NCBI GenBank assembly: GCA_019454185.1 | Contig: CP075368.1 | Span: 1,899,649 to 1,963,648 of the forward strand | Reading direction: 5' to 3' | Origin: Phycisphaeraceae bacterium | Lineage (GTDB): Bacteria > Planctomycetota > Phycisphaerae > Phycisphaerales > UBA1924 | Length of the DNA: 64,000 nucleotides | Shown here: positions 45,397 to 53,596 of the stretch, one piece after another | How positions within the stretch are numbered: the first letter of the stretch is position 1 | How the letters are laid out: each line of letters begins with the position of its first letter | Position numbers and translations under genes: made by a program | The notes under the pieces: model-generated | The model's input: only the letters and a program-made list of their open reading frames with translations | Told to the model about the DNA's origin: nothing | Databases searched by the model: none

Positions 45397-46070
45397 TTCG
45401 CAAACGGATCAAACTCGTCTTGCAAACCGCCCGCACGGGTGTCGAGCGTGTCGGTGCGGCGAGGATCGTCGGTTGTTGCGCCTGCGAGCGCGGCGACACC
45501 TGTCCAGGGATTCACTCTGACTTCGCTGGAGCGACCGTCGCGACCTCGCACGAGGATGGGACCGGAAACAACGGCGCTGCCATCTGGGAGAAAGACCGCG
45601 AGGGTGCGTTCGCGGGGTTCGGAGACTTCAGAGCGGGAATCGGATGCGGGCGCCCCCATGCCGCCGAGACTTCTCACCGGGTCTGCGGCGGGAGTGCGGC
45701 CCGCGATGGTGATGCCCTGGGGCAGGTTCAGCCGCTTGGTTGCGCGCGTGAAGGCGTGCTCCATGCCGGGATTGGCGCTTGCGGCTTGGGATGCCGTATC
45801 GGAGACGGTGCGGCTGTCTACGCCGGTGCGACCATCGTCACCGACGATTGCGATCACTGTCACGGGCAGACCGGATTCTCTGGCCGTGGCCTGGGCATCG
45901 CTCAGCGCGGACTGGATCCGAGCAGCGGCACCATCGACCTCGGCTCCGCGGACATGGCTGGTCATGGGCACGGCCACAAGAGCGGCAAGCATGCCGATAA
46001 TCGCGATCGCGATCAAGACCTCGACCATCGAGAAGCACTTGTTGCGTGAGAGCGTTCGGCTGGTGGCCAT
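45387..46070 (-). CDS. minor pseudopilin (GspH-like by size and order)
   Basis: ORF 45387..46364 trimmed to the ATG at 46070: MATSRTLSRNKC/FSMVEVLIAIAIIG, with Glu5 present and Cys at -1. Confidence 0.6.
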   Translation of the reverse strand: MATSRTLSRNKCFSMVEVLIAIAIIGMLAALVAVPMTSHVRGAEVDGAAARIQSALSDAQATARESGLPVTVIAIVGDDGRTGVDSRTVSDTASQAASANPGMEHAFTRATKRLNLPQGITIAGRTPAADPVRSLGGMGAPASDSRSEVSEPRERTLAVFLPDGSAVVSGPILVRGRDGRSSEVRVNPWTGVAALAGATTDDPRRTDTLDTRAGGLQDEFDPFAKWR

Positions 46071-46224
46071 GATCGTCACCCCGAGATGTGCGGACACGGT
46101 CGTCCGCACCACGAGTTCGCTCCGCGACAGTTGAAACGACCGCTCCATGCGATCCGGGCATTCGCCCACACACTTCTCAAACGTGCCCCGGCAGTGATTC
46201 CCTTGGCCGGGGGTTATGCACATA

Positions 46225-46746
46225 TCAGCCACCGGGCGGGGGCGGGGGCAATCCCCTTCCGAATCCACCGTCTGCGTCGGCCTCTTCGGCGGCGAAGGCG
46301 TTGATGTCATCGTCCGTCCCGTCCTGCTTGTCCGGTCCGTATGACCACAAGTCGTATTCGCCATCGCGATTCTGGCTCTCGGCCCGATAACCCCACGGGG
46401 AACCCCAGGGGTCTGTGGGCACGGGAGATTCGAGGTACTTGGTCCACCGGGCCTGATCCTCTTCAGACTGGAGGAGTGACTTGTTCCAGAGAACAGCCAA
46501 CCCCTCGTCCTCGGACGGGAAGCGACCGAAGTCGACGTAGAACGCCTTCACACCACCCTTGATGAGACGGATCTGGGTCTCAGCGATGCCCTTCTTGGCC
46601 TTGGCACTCTGTCCGATCAGGGCGAAACCGACGAGGCCGGAGAGCGCGAGAATGATCGCGATCACGATCATCACTTCGATGATGGTGAACCCGCGTCGCG
46701 TGCGACGGCGCGACACCCTTGATCTGGACTCCACTTCCTGGGTCAT
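46225..46746 (-). CDS. gspG: type II secretion major pseudopilin GspG
   Basis: RRG/FTIIEVMIVIAIILALSGLV..., ...DPWGSPWGYR..., ...YDLWSYGPDKQDGTDDDI. Confidence 0.92.
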   Translation of the reverse strand: MTQEVESRSRVSRRRTRRGFTIIEVMIVIAIILALSGLVGFALIGQSAKAKKGIAETQIRLIKGGVKAFYVDFGRFPSEDEGLAVLWNKSLLQSEEDQARWTKYLESPVPTDPWGSPWGYRAESQNRDGEYDLWSYGPDKQDGTDDDINAFAAEEADADGGFGRGLPPPPPGG

Positions 46747-46962
46747 GGCTCAAAGATCCTTTCTGAGCGGTTCCTGCCGCGTATCTCAGTCGGCAGATTC
46801 GGCTGTCGGACCGGAGTCGGCCCGGCATCATCTCAACATCCTGAAGCGAAGGGAGTGTTCAGGAGCTAGTCCATACTAGCAAATCGCCCCTCGGCTGCAA
46901 AGAAGTTTATCCAAGTCGATGAGATCGCGGAGGATGCGCGTTTCGCTTCCTGTTCGTATGCC

Positions 46963-48639
46963 TCACACAACCAACGCTCCGGCAACCTCTTCCATCGTCG
47001 TCTGGCCTTGCCTGACCTTGGCGTATCCATCGTACTTGAGGAGTGAGAGTTCTCCCTCGGCCAACGCGGCGGCGGCCAACTCAGCGGCATTGACCCGCTT
47101 CATGATCATCTCGCGAGTTGCGCCGGTCAGATGGAGCATCTCATAGAGCCCGACCCGGCCCCTGAACCCAGTGCCTCGGCAGTTCCGACACCCAGCCCCG
47201 CAGCGGAGGTTTGCACCTTCTTCTTCGAAGTCTTTGGGCAGGGAGCCCGGTTCTGCTGTGAACGGCTGTGAACACTGTGCACAGACGCGCCGGACCAGTC
47301 GCTGGGCCATGACGCCCTCGACGCTCGATGCGATGAGGAACGGTTCAACCCCCATGTCGAGGAGTCGGGTTGCTGCACCGGCAGCGTCATTGGTGTGCAG
47401 CGTGCTGAAGACGAGGTGCCCCGTGAGCGAGGCCTGAACAGCGGTCTCGGCGGTTTCTTTGTCTCGAATCTCGCCGATCATGACGACGTCGGGATCATGG
47501 CGCAGGATGGAGCGAAGGCCGGAGGAGAAGTCGAGACCGACTTTGTGGTTGACCTGGATCTGGTTGACGCCCGGAACGTGGTACTCGACAGGGTCCTCGA
47601 CGGTGATCACCTTGACTTCGTCGGAAACGATGCGGTTGAGACTCGCGTAGAGCGTCGTGCTCTTGCCGCTGCCGGTCGGCCCCGTCACGAGAAGGATGCC
47701 GTGCGGGCGATTGATGAGCGTGTCCCAGCTCTTGAGGACGTTTTCGGGCATGCCGAGCTGATCGAGCCCCATGAGAACCGCTGTCTTGGAGAGCACGCGG
47801 AGCACGACACCCTCACCGGAGAGCATCGGGATCACGCTCATGCGGAGATCGAACTCGGAGGGGGCCTGTCCCGGCGGCTTGTGCCGGAAGGTGATGCGTC
47901 CGTCCTGGGGCCTGCGTTTCTCGGCGATATTGAGCGAGGCCATGATCTTGAGGCGAGAGACGATCGCCGCGCCGAACCGATGAATCGTGGGCGGGACGTT
48001 CGCACGCTGGAGCACGCCGTCGATTCGATAGCGGACGGCGAGCGATCCCTCGTAGGGCTCGATATGGACGTCGGTCGCTCTCTCGCTGATCGCCTCAGCG
48101 AGAAGGTCGTTGACGAGCTTGATGACCGACGCTTCCTGCGCCTGCTCGATCTCGTCCGCCTCGCCCTCGATGGATTCGAGACCGGGTCCTTGGCCCGCCA
48201 TCTCATGGAGCGTGTCGCCGCCGACGCCGTAGTGCGTCCGGATGAACTGCCGGAGCTCTTCTTCATCAGCGAGAACAAGCTCGATGGGGTTTCCGGTGAC
48301 AAGGCGGAGCTCGTCGAGCGCGGAAAGATCGAAGGGGTCACTCGTCGCGACGACGAGGACGCCATCCCGAAGCTCGATGGGAACAACCTGCTGCTTGAAG
48401 ACAACGCGGGCGGGTAGGAGTTGGATGACCTCCGGAGCGACGTCAGCAGCGCCGAGATCGACCACGGGCATGGCCAGTTGCTCGCCGATGATCTCGAGCA
48501 CCTCGCGCCGCCCCACCATTCCCATCCGGATCAGAGCACGGTCGAGGCGCTCGCCTGACGATCTGTGCTCGGCCGCGGCCTGTTCGAGCTGCTCGCGCGT
48601 GATCAGTCCACGTTCAACAAGTATGGTCGCCACACCCAT
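46963..48639 (-). CDS. gspE: type II secretion ATPase GspE (T2SSE_N/MshEN-like N-domain)
   Basis: Walker A GPTGSGKST, the Asp/His boxes, and the tetracysteine CAQC...CRNC. Confidence 0.95.
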   Translation of the reverse strand: MGVATILVERGLITREQLEQAAAEHRSSGERLDRALIRMGMVGRREVLEIIGEQLAMPVVDLGAADVAPEVIQLLPARVVFKQQVVPIELRDGVLVVATSDPFDLSALDELRLVTGNPIELVLADEEELRQFIRTHYGVGGDTLHEMAGQGPGLESIEGEADEIEQAQEASVIKLVNDLLAEAISERATDVHIEPYEGSLAVRYRIDGVLQRANVPPTIHRFGAAIVSRLKIMASLNIAEKRRPQDGRITFRHKPPGQAPSEFDLRMSVIPMLSGEGVVLRVLSKTAVLMGLDQLGMPENVLKSWDTLINRPHGILLVTGPTGSGKSTTLYASLNRIVSDEVKVITVEDPVEYHVPGVNQIQVNHKVGLDFSSGLRSILRHDPDVVMIGEIRDKETAETAVQASLTGHLVFSTLHTNDAAGAATRLLDMGVEPFLIASSVEGVMAQRLVRRVCAQCSQPFTAEPGSLPKDFEEEGANLRCGAGCRNCRGTGFRGRVGLYEMLHLTGATREMIMKRVNAAELAAAALAEGELSLLKYDGYAKVRQGQTTMEEVAGALVV

Positions 48640-48658
48640 GTCGGATGGTACGTCGGGA

Positions 48659-49486
48659 TCAGACCTGCTGATCGCTCACGGTCTTGGAATCCTGCGTAGG
48701 TCCGAATGTCGCGCTGGTTCGATCGGTCTCCCAGACTGTGATCTCCCTGAGTCTGGCGTCTCTTCCGAGACGAGCGATCTCGGCCGAAAGCAGCCGGAAA
48801 AAGACCATGGCGATGTTCTCGACTGTCGGATTGAGTCCGCCGTGGTCGGAGAACTCAGGCGTATCGAGGTTCAGGTGCTTGTGGTCGAACGGCTCGACAA
48901 GAACACGCTGGGTGATCTCTTCGAGTTCGGCTAGTGTGATGGCGGCTCGCGACGCATCCGTGCCGATTTCGACCCGCGGCTCGATCACGTAGTTATGCCC
49001 GTGTCCCGCCGGGTTGTTGCACTTGCCGAAAAACGCCCGGTTCTCGGCGTCCGAGAGCGCCGGCGAGTGGAGTCTGTGTGCGGCAGCAATCTCGAACTTC
49101 TGAGCGAGCACCACCCTGGTTCCCATAGTGACCTCTGAGTCGATAACGAGTGTCGGCGTGAGATGGAGTCGGACAGCGACAACTGGAACAGGCACCTGGT
49201 GCCGCAGCGACTGAAGAAGATCCGGCACGCACGCTGCGGGATCGGCGCGGCGGTCGATGTGAGCCGCGAGCGCGGGCACGGCGGTGCGTCGCACAGCGTC
49301 GTCGATCGCCTTGATGTTGATCAGGTACCCGGTGGCCGGGTCGGGGATGCCACTGCAGGAAACCGTGAGCTCGAAAGTCCTGCCCCAGGGGAGGAGCGAG
49401 GGAACGCCGCCGTATCCGTTTGTGCCGCGATCGCCGGCGGTGCTCGGATTGATCGCAAACCGAACTGTGCGTCTGAGCGTCACCAC
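48659..49486 (-). CDS. 6-pyruvoyl-tetrahydropterin/6-carboxytetrahydropterin synthase family protein, two-domain form
   Basis: The C-half has AAHRL...CNNPAGHGHNY...DHKHLN. The N-half is a PTPS-like repeat without the His triad. Start uncertain (GTG at 49486 chosen; the ORF extends to 49693). Confidence 0.7.
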   Translation of the reverse strand: MVTLRRTVRFAINPSTAGDRGTNGYGGVPSLLPWGRTFELTVSCSGIPDPATGYLINIKAIDDAVRRTAVPALAAHIDRRADPAACVPDLLQSLRHQVPVPVVAVRLHLTPTLVIDSEVTMGTRVVLAQKFEIAAAHRLHSPALSDAENRAFFGKCNNPAGHGHNYVIEPRVEIGTDASRAAITLAELEEITQRVLVEPFDHKHLNLDTPEFSDHGGLNPTVENIAMVFFRLLSAEIARLGRDARLREITVWETDRTSATFGPTQDSKTVSDQQV

Positions 49487-49605
49487 GCGATACGATAGGG
49501 AGTTGGTTTGATGCTGGTTCTGTGATGGAACGCGGCCTGCGGCCGCATCTGTGTGGCGCGTCGTTCCGAAACCGTTGGTCGAAGCACCCACACTGGAGTC
49601 ATGCG

Positions 49606-50205
49606 ATGGCAACCCGTTCTCGGCTCGCTCTCCTGCTCGCACCTCTTCTCGGGCTTCCTGTAGCCCTGGGGCTTGTCTCCCACCGATCGGCATCGCAGGA
49701 ACCGGCCGGCGAGGTATCGCCTTATGTGCTCTCCTACACCATGACGAGGATTGACGGCACTGCCGAACGCCTCGACGCGTACAAGGGGAAGGTCATTCTG
49801 CTTGTGAACGTGGCGAGCAAGTGCGGGCTGACGCCCCAATACGATGCGCTTCAGTCGCTCTACGAGTCGAAGAGGGAGAAGGGCTTTGTTGTGCTTGCGT
49901 TCCCGGCCAACAACTTCATGGGCCAGGAGCCGGGCACGAACGAGGAGATCGCCGCGTTCTGTGAGAGCAAGTACAACGTGACCTTCCCCATGTTCGAGAA
50001 GGTCTCTGTCAAGGGGAAGGATGCGTGTGACCTCTACAAGCAACTGGCGTCGCTCCCCAAGCCGCTCGGCGGCGAGCCCTCGTGGAACTTCACGAAGTTC
50101 CTGATCGATCGCGAGGGGAATGTGGTGCAGCGGTTTGAGCCACGCACGAAGCCGGACGCGTCAGAGCTTGTAAGCCGGATCGATGAGCTGCTCGCGAGCC
50201 CATGA
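49606..50205 (+). CDS. glutathione peroxidase family protein with signal peptide
   Basis: LVNVASKCGLTPQY, FPANNFMGQEPG, WNFTKFLI. Start set at the ATG at 49606 (MATRSRLALLLAPLLG). Confidence 0.9.
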   Translation: MATRSRLALLLAPLLGLPVALGLVSHRSASQEPAGEVSPYVLSYTMTRIDGTAERLDAYKGKVILLVNVASKCGLTPQYDALQSLYESKREKGFVVLAFPANNFMGQEPGTNEEIAAFCESKYNVTFPMFEKVSVKGKDACDLYKQLASLPKPLGGEPSWNFTKFLIDREGNVVQRFEPRTKPDASELVSRIDELLASP

Positions 50206-50287
50206 GCCCACAGATCAGGGGCGAGATCTCGCGTGGCTGCCCCCGCGATGTTCGTTCTCTTGATGCCTGCTATTCTGTTCGCTCGGG

Positions 50288-51475
50288 ATGGCGACTTACG
50301 CGTACACAGCCCTCACTGCCTCAGGCGACCGGGTCACCGGCCTGCTATCAGCAGCAACGGAGCAGGCCGTGCTCGCCGAGTTGGAATCCCGTCGCCTGAC
50401 CCCGGTGACGATCTCACCGGCGAAAGAACGGACGGCCAGGGGTCGGCGTGTCTCGGCACGGAAGCTAGGCGAGTCCTATGTGCAGATCGGCGATCTGCTC
50501 CATGCGGGCGTGCCCCTGCTCCGGTCGCTCAAGCTGATCGCTGCCCGACGGAGCCAGCCGAAGGTCGCGGATGTGTATCGCCACCTCGCTGAGACCGTGT
50601 CGGACGGAGGAGAGCTTGCAGAGGCGATGTCGCGGCGTCCTGAGGTCTTCCCACGCATCCACGTCGCGATGATCCGCGCTGGCGAGAAGGGTGGGTTTCT
50701 TGAGGGTGTGTTCAGCCGCCTCGGTGCGTTTGTGCTGGCGCAGGCGGAGCTCAGGGGTCGGATCGTCGGGTCGCTCATCTATCCCGCGCTGCTCGTGCTT
50801 TTCGGCGTGCTGATTCTCGGCGTGGTCTTTGGTGTGTTTGTCCCGATGTTCAAGCCGGTCTTTGAGCGGATGTCTCAGTTGCCGCTCTCCACACGGCTTG
50901 TGCTCGGGACGAGCGACCTGATCGCGGGGTTTGGTATCTCTATCGTCGGGGGCGCGGTCGCGACCGGGCTACTCGGATGGAGACTCTCGAAGCGTGCGGA
51001 CGTGAGACGCCGGGGCACGGAGTTCCTCACGTTCGCTCCCGTGTGCGGGCAACTGGTGAGGGCCCTCGCGGCGGCGAGATTCTGCCGCCTGCTGGGAACG
51101 ATGCTTGAGAACGGCGTGCCGATGCTCCAGGCGATGGCGATCAGCAAGGAAGCAGCGGGCAACGTGCTGATGGAAGAGGCGATCGATCGTGCGATCGAGG
51201 CCGTGCGAGCGGGCGAGCAGCTGGCTCCGCCCCTCGCTTCGAGCGGCCTCTTTGCCGATGACATCGTGGAGATGATCTCAGTTGGTGAATCGGCGAACAA
51301 CCTTGAGAAGGTGCTGCTCAGCGTCGCCGAGACGATCGAGAAACGGATCGACCGCCTGCTCGGGATCGTGGTGCGGCTGATCGAGCCCCTGATGCTCATG
51401 GCGATTGCGGGCGTGGTCGTCGTCGTGGCGATGGGGCTGCTGCTGCCGATGACGCAACTCGGCGGCGAAGGGTGA
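50288..51475 (+). CDS. gspF: type II secretion inner-membrane platform protein GspF
   Basis: MATYAYTALTASGDRVTGLL..., two T2SSF repeats and three TM segments. Confidence 0.93.
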   Translation: MATYAYTALTASGDRVTGLLSAATEQAVLAELESRRLTPVTISPAKERTARGRRVSARKLGESYVQIGDLLHAGVPLLRSLKLIAARRSQPKVADVYRHLAETVSDGGELAEAMSRRPEVFPRIHVAMIRAGEKGGFLEGVFSRLGAFVLAQAELRGRIVGSLIYPALLVLFGVLILGVVFGVFVPMFKPVFERMSQLPLSTRLVLGTSDLIAGFGISIVGGAVATGLLGWRLSKRADVRRRGTEFLTFAPVCGQLVRALAAARFCRLLGTMLENGVPMLQAMAISKEAAGNVLMEEAIDRAIEAVRAGEQLAPPLASSGLFADDIVEMISVGESANNLEKVLLSVAETIEKRIDRLLGIVVRLIEPLMLMAIAGVVVVVAMGLLLPMTQLGGEG

Positions 51476-51497
51476 TCGCATAGGAGCCGACAACGAG

Positions 51498-51530
51498 AAA
51501 GGCCCCCGCGTGTGCGGAGGCCCTTCTTCG
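51498..51530. terminator. hairpin between the convergent gspF and 51566..53521 genes
   Basis: GGCCCCCGC-gtgt-GCGGAGGCC (one mismatch), flanked by an A-rich run upstream and a T-rich run downstream. Confidence 0.4.
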
Positions 51531-51565
51531 AGTCGAGCGTGAACCGATGCGAAGCGGCGAGACGA

Positions 51566-53521
51566 TCAGTCGAGCTTCCAGACGAGCCCGATTGCGGCGA
51601 TCGAGGCCCGACGCCGAACTGGATCGAGGATCATCTCGGGAGACTCGATGAGCGCCAGCGCGGTCCTGCGCGCGTGGGGCAGGAGGTTGTGGTCCCATGG
51701 TCCCATCCCGAAGCGTCCACGCTCGGCACCCTCGGCGATGGCCGGAATCGCGATGAGGAGGGGCCAGAAGGCGCCACCGCTGCCCATCGCGCCCGCGACG
51801 TTGACGAGCATGGAGCGATCGGCGTGGCTCTCGGTGACGAGGTCCTCGCCGTCCCAGTATGAGAACTGGGTGGTGGGCTTCACGTTCTTCATGAAGTCGG
51901 CGTAGAGCGGCACGGTCAGCCCGATGTCGCGGTCACCCTTCGGGGAGCGGGCCAGGTTGGCGAACGCCGAGCCGGCCATGCTGACCAAGGGGTATCCGTT
52001 CTTGGCAGCGCGGGCGGTGTCCACGAAGGTGACGCTTGCGAGGTTGCGTCCGTTGGGCACCGCGACGGCGAAGGTCGGGTTTGAGGAGATGCCCGGGCCG
52101 GACTTGCCAAGTGCCTGGGCCGACGCCGCGAGCACGGCCTGGGGTGTCAAGCCCGCGATGAACCAATCGCCCACGACGGCATAGGTGATCTCGAGGGGCA
52201 CGGGCATTCCGGGGAAGCGGAGGGACATGAGTTCCACTTCGCCGGATGTCCAGATCGTCGGACGGATGTACATGCCTTTGTCTTGTTGGGCGAGTTGCTT
52301 TCCGGCTGCGGCGACGAGTCTGCGGTGCGCATCGATAACCCTGGCGCGGTCCTTGAGCGACGCGAAGAGGACGCCCGAGCCGAAGGAGCCGCCCCCCGTC
52401 GAATCTGACAGGTACGCGCCCCAAGTGCCGCCGATCGAGTCGATGATGTCCGCGCGGAGGTCAACTCCTGTGCGGCTCTTGAACTCGCCGAGCACGTCGT
52501 TGACGGGCACGCCGCGCTGGGCGAGATTGTCGATCAGAGCCGAAATCCCCGAGAGGTCGCCCTTGGCGATGGACATCATGGTCGCGTCGGCGGGGACCAT
52601 GGCAAGGTCCTTGTCGTTCACGGGCTCCTTCGACATGTGCCACTGGCTCGCGTACTTGCCCGCGCCCTTCACACGCACGATGCTCGTGGTGTCGGTTGCG
52701 GTGTACCCAGCGACAAAGTCGATGGCGATCGCTTCGGAGCCGATGATGCCGGCTCGCTCTAATCCGGTCAGGACCTCAACACCCTCGGGAGGGAAGTTCC
52801 TTCCCGCCAGCGTGCGGGCCATGTTGATACCCGGCGTCAGCGCGGCGAAGTTCAGTGAGCCGCGCATGACGGGGCTGACGCCTTGTGGGGGCACGGGGAG
52901 TCGGTCGAAACCGGCGTCGGGGTTGTCGACCGCGCCGGCGACCAACTCGAATCGCCAGCCATCCTTGGACTCACGCGGGCCGTAGGAGATGAGGCCGAAG
53001 GGCAACTGCACGTCCTGCATGCCCTTAAAGCGCATGCTGTCGGCGGGCGCGGGCATGCCCTGCTCCTGGAACTTCTCGAGGAGCGCGGCGTGCAGGATGC
53101 CGTGCAACTGGGTTGCGTGGCCCTGGTCCTTCGCCTGCACGCTGAGCGTCAATCCGTAGCCAAAGAACCCGCCGGCGGCGTTGTCGGGGTTGTAGGTGAT
53201 CGCGAGCCGCGCGGGCTGAGCCAGCGTCCGGAGGGCCAGTTGGACGATCGGCTCGATCTCCGGGGGCATGTCCGGAATCTCGCCTGGGAGTTCGGCGAGT
53301 CGAGCCGGGATCATCGAGATGGCCTGTTTGAGGCCGGCGTCTTTCCCATCGACAAGCCACGCGGACATCGGGGCGTGCTCGTAGAGGATGAAGGGCTGAA
53401 CGCCGCCTGCATCCTGGGCGAGGGCAAGGCCGGGGGAGACGGCGGCAAGGCCGAGCACTCCGGCGAGTGCCGCCGTGCCGAGGATGGACCGACGCCTGAT
53501 TCCGATGATCGAGCGACGCAT
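51566..53521 (-). CDS. large secreted hypothetical protein (Tat-like signal)
   Basis: The ATG at 53521 is preceded by AGGAGG. MRRSIIGIRRRSILGTAALAGVLGLAAVSPGLALA. No family recognised. Confidence 0.6.
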   Translation of the reverse strand: MRRSIIGIRRRSILGTAALAGVLGLAAVSPGLALAQDAGGVQPFILYEHAPMSAWLVDGKDAGLKQAISMIPARLAELPGEIPDMPPEIEPIVQLALRTLAQPARLAITYNPDNAAGGFFGYGLTLSVQAKDQGHATQLHGILHAALLEKFQEQGMPAPADSMRFKGMQDVQLPFGLISYGPRESKDGWRFELVAGAVDNPDAGFDRLPVPPQGVSPVMRGSLNFAALTPGINMARTLAGRNFPPEGVEVLTGLERAGIIGSEAIAIDFVAGYTATDTTSIVRVKGAGKYASQWHMSKEPVNDKDLAMVPADATMMSIAKGDLSGISALIDNLAQRGVPVNDVLGEFKSRTGVDLRADIIDSIGGTWGAYLSDSTGGGSFGSGVLFASLKDRARVIDAHRRLVAAAGKQLAQQDKGMYIRPTIWTSGEVELMSLRFPGMPVPLEITYAVVGDWFIAGLTPQAVLAASAQALGKSGPGISSNPTFAVAVPNGRNLASVTFVDTARAAKNGYPLVSMAGSAFANLARSPKGDRDIGLTVPLYADFMKNVKPTTQFSYWDGEDLVTESHADRSMLVNVAGAMGSGGAFWPLLIAIPAIAEGAERGRFGMGPWDHNLLPHARRTALALIESPEMILDPVRRRASIAAIGLVWKLD

Positions 53522-53596
53522 GGATGGACCTCCTGGAGACTTGGGAAGGGCGGTTCTGATCACCCGCCGATCGTGACGCGGCCCTGATGGTTTGCA

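Noticed and set aside
46873-46900. Sigma-70-like promoter for gspG (minus strand TTGCAG-N16-TAGTAT) overlapping a GCTAGT-N4-ACTAGC inverted repeat.
   Set aside because: Only about 4/6 matches in each hexamer, and Planctomycete promoter consensus is poorly defined. Kept as a note only.
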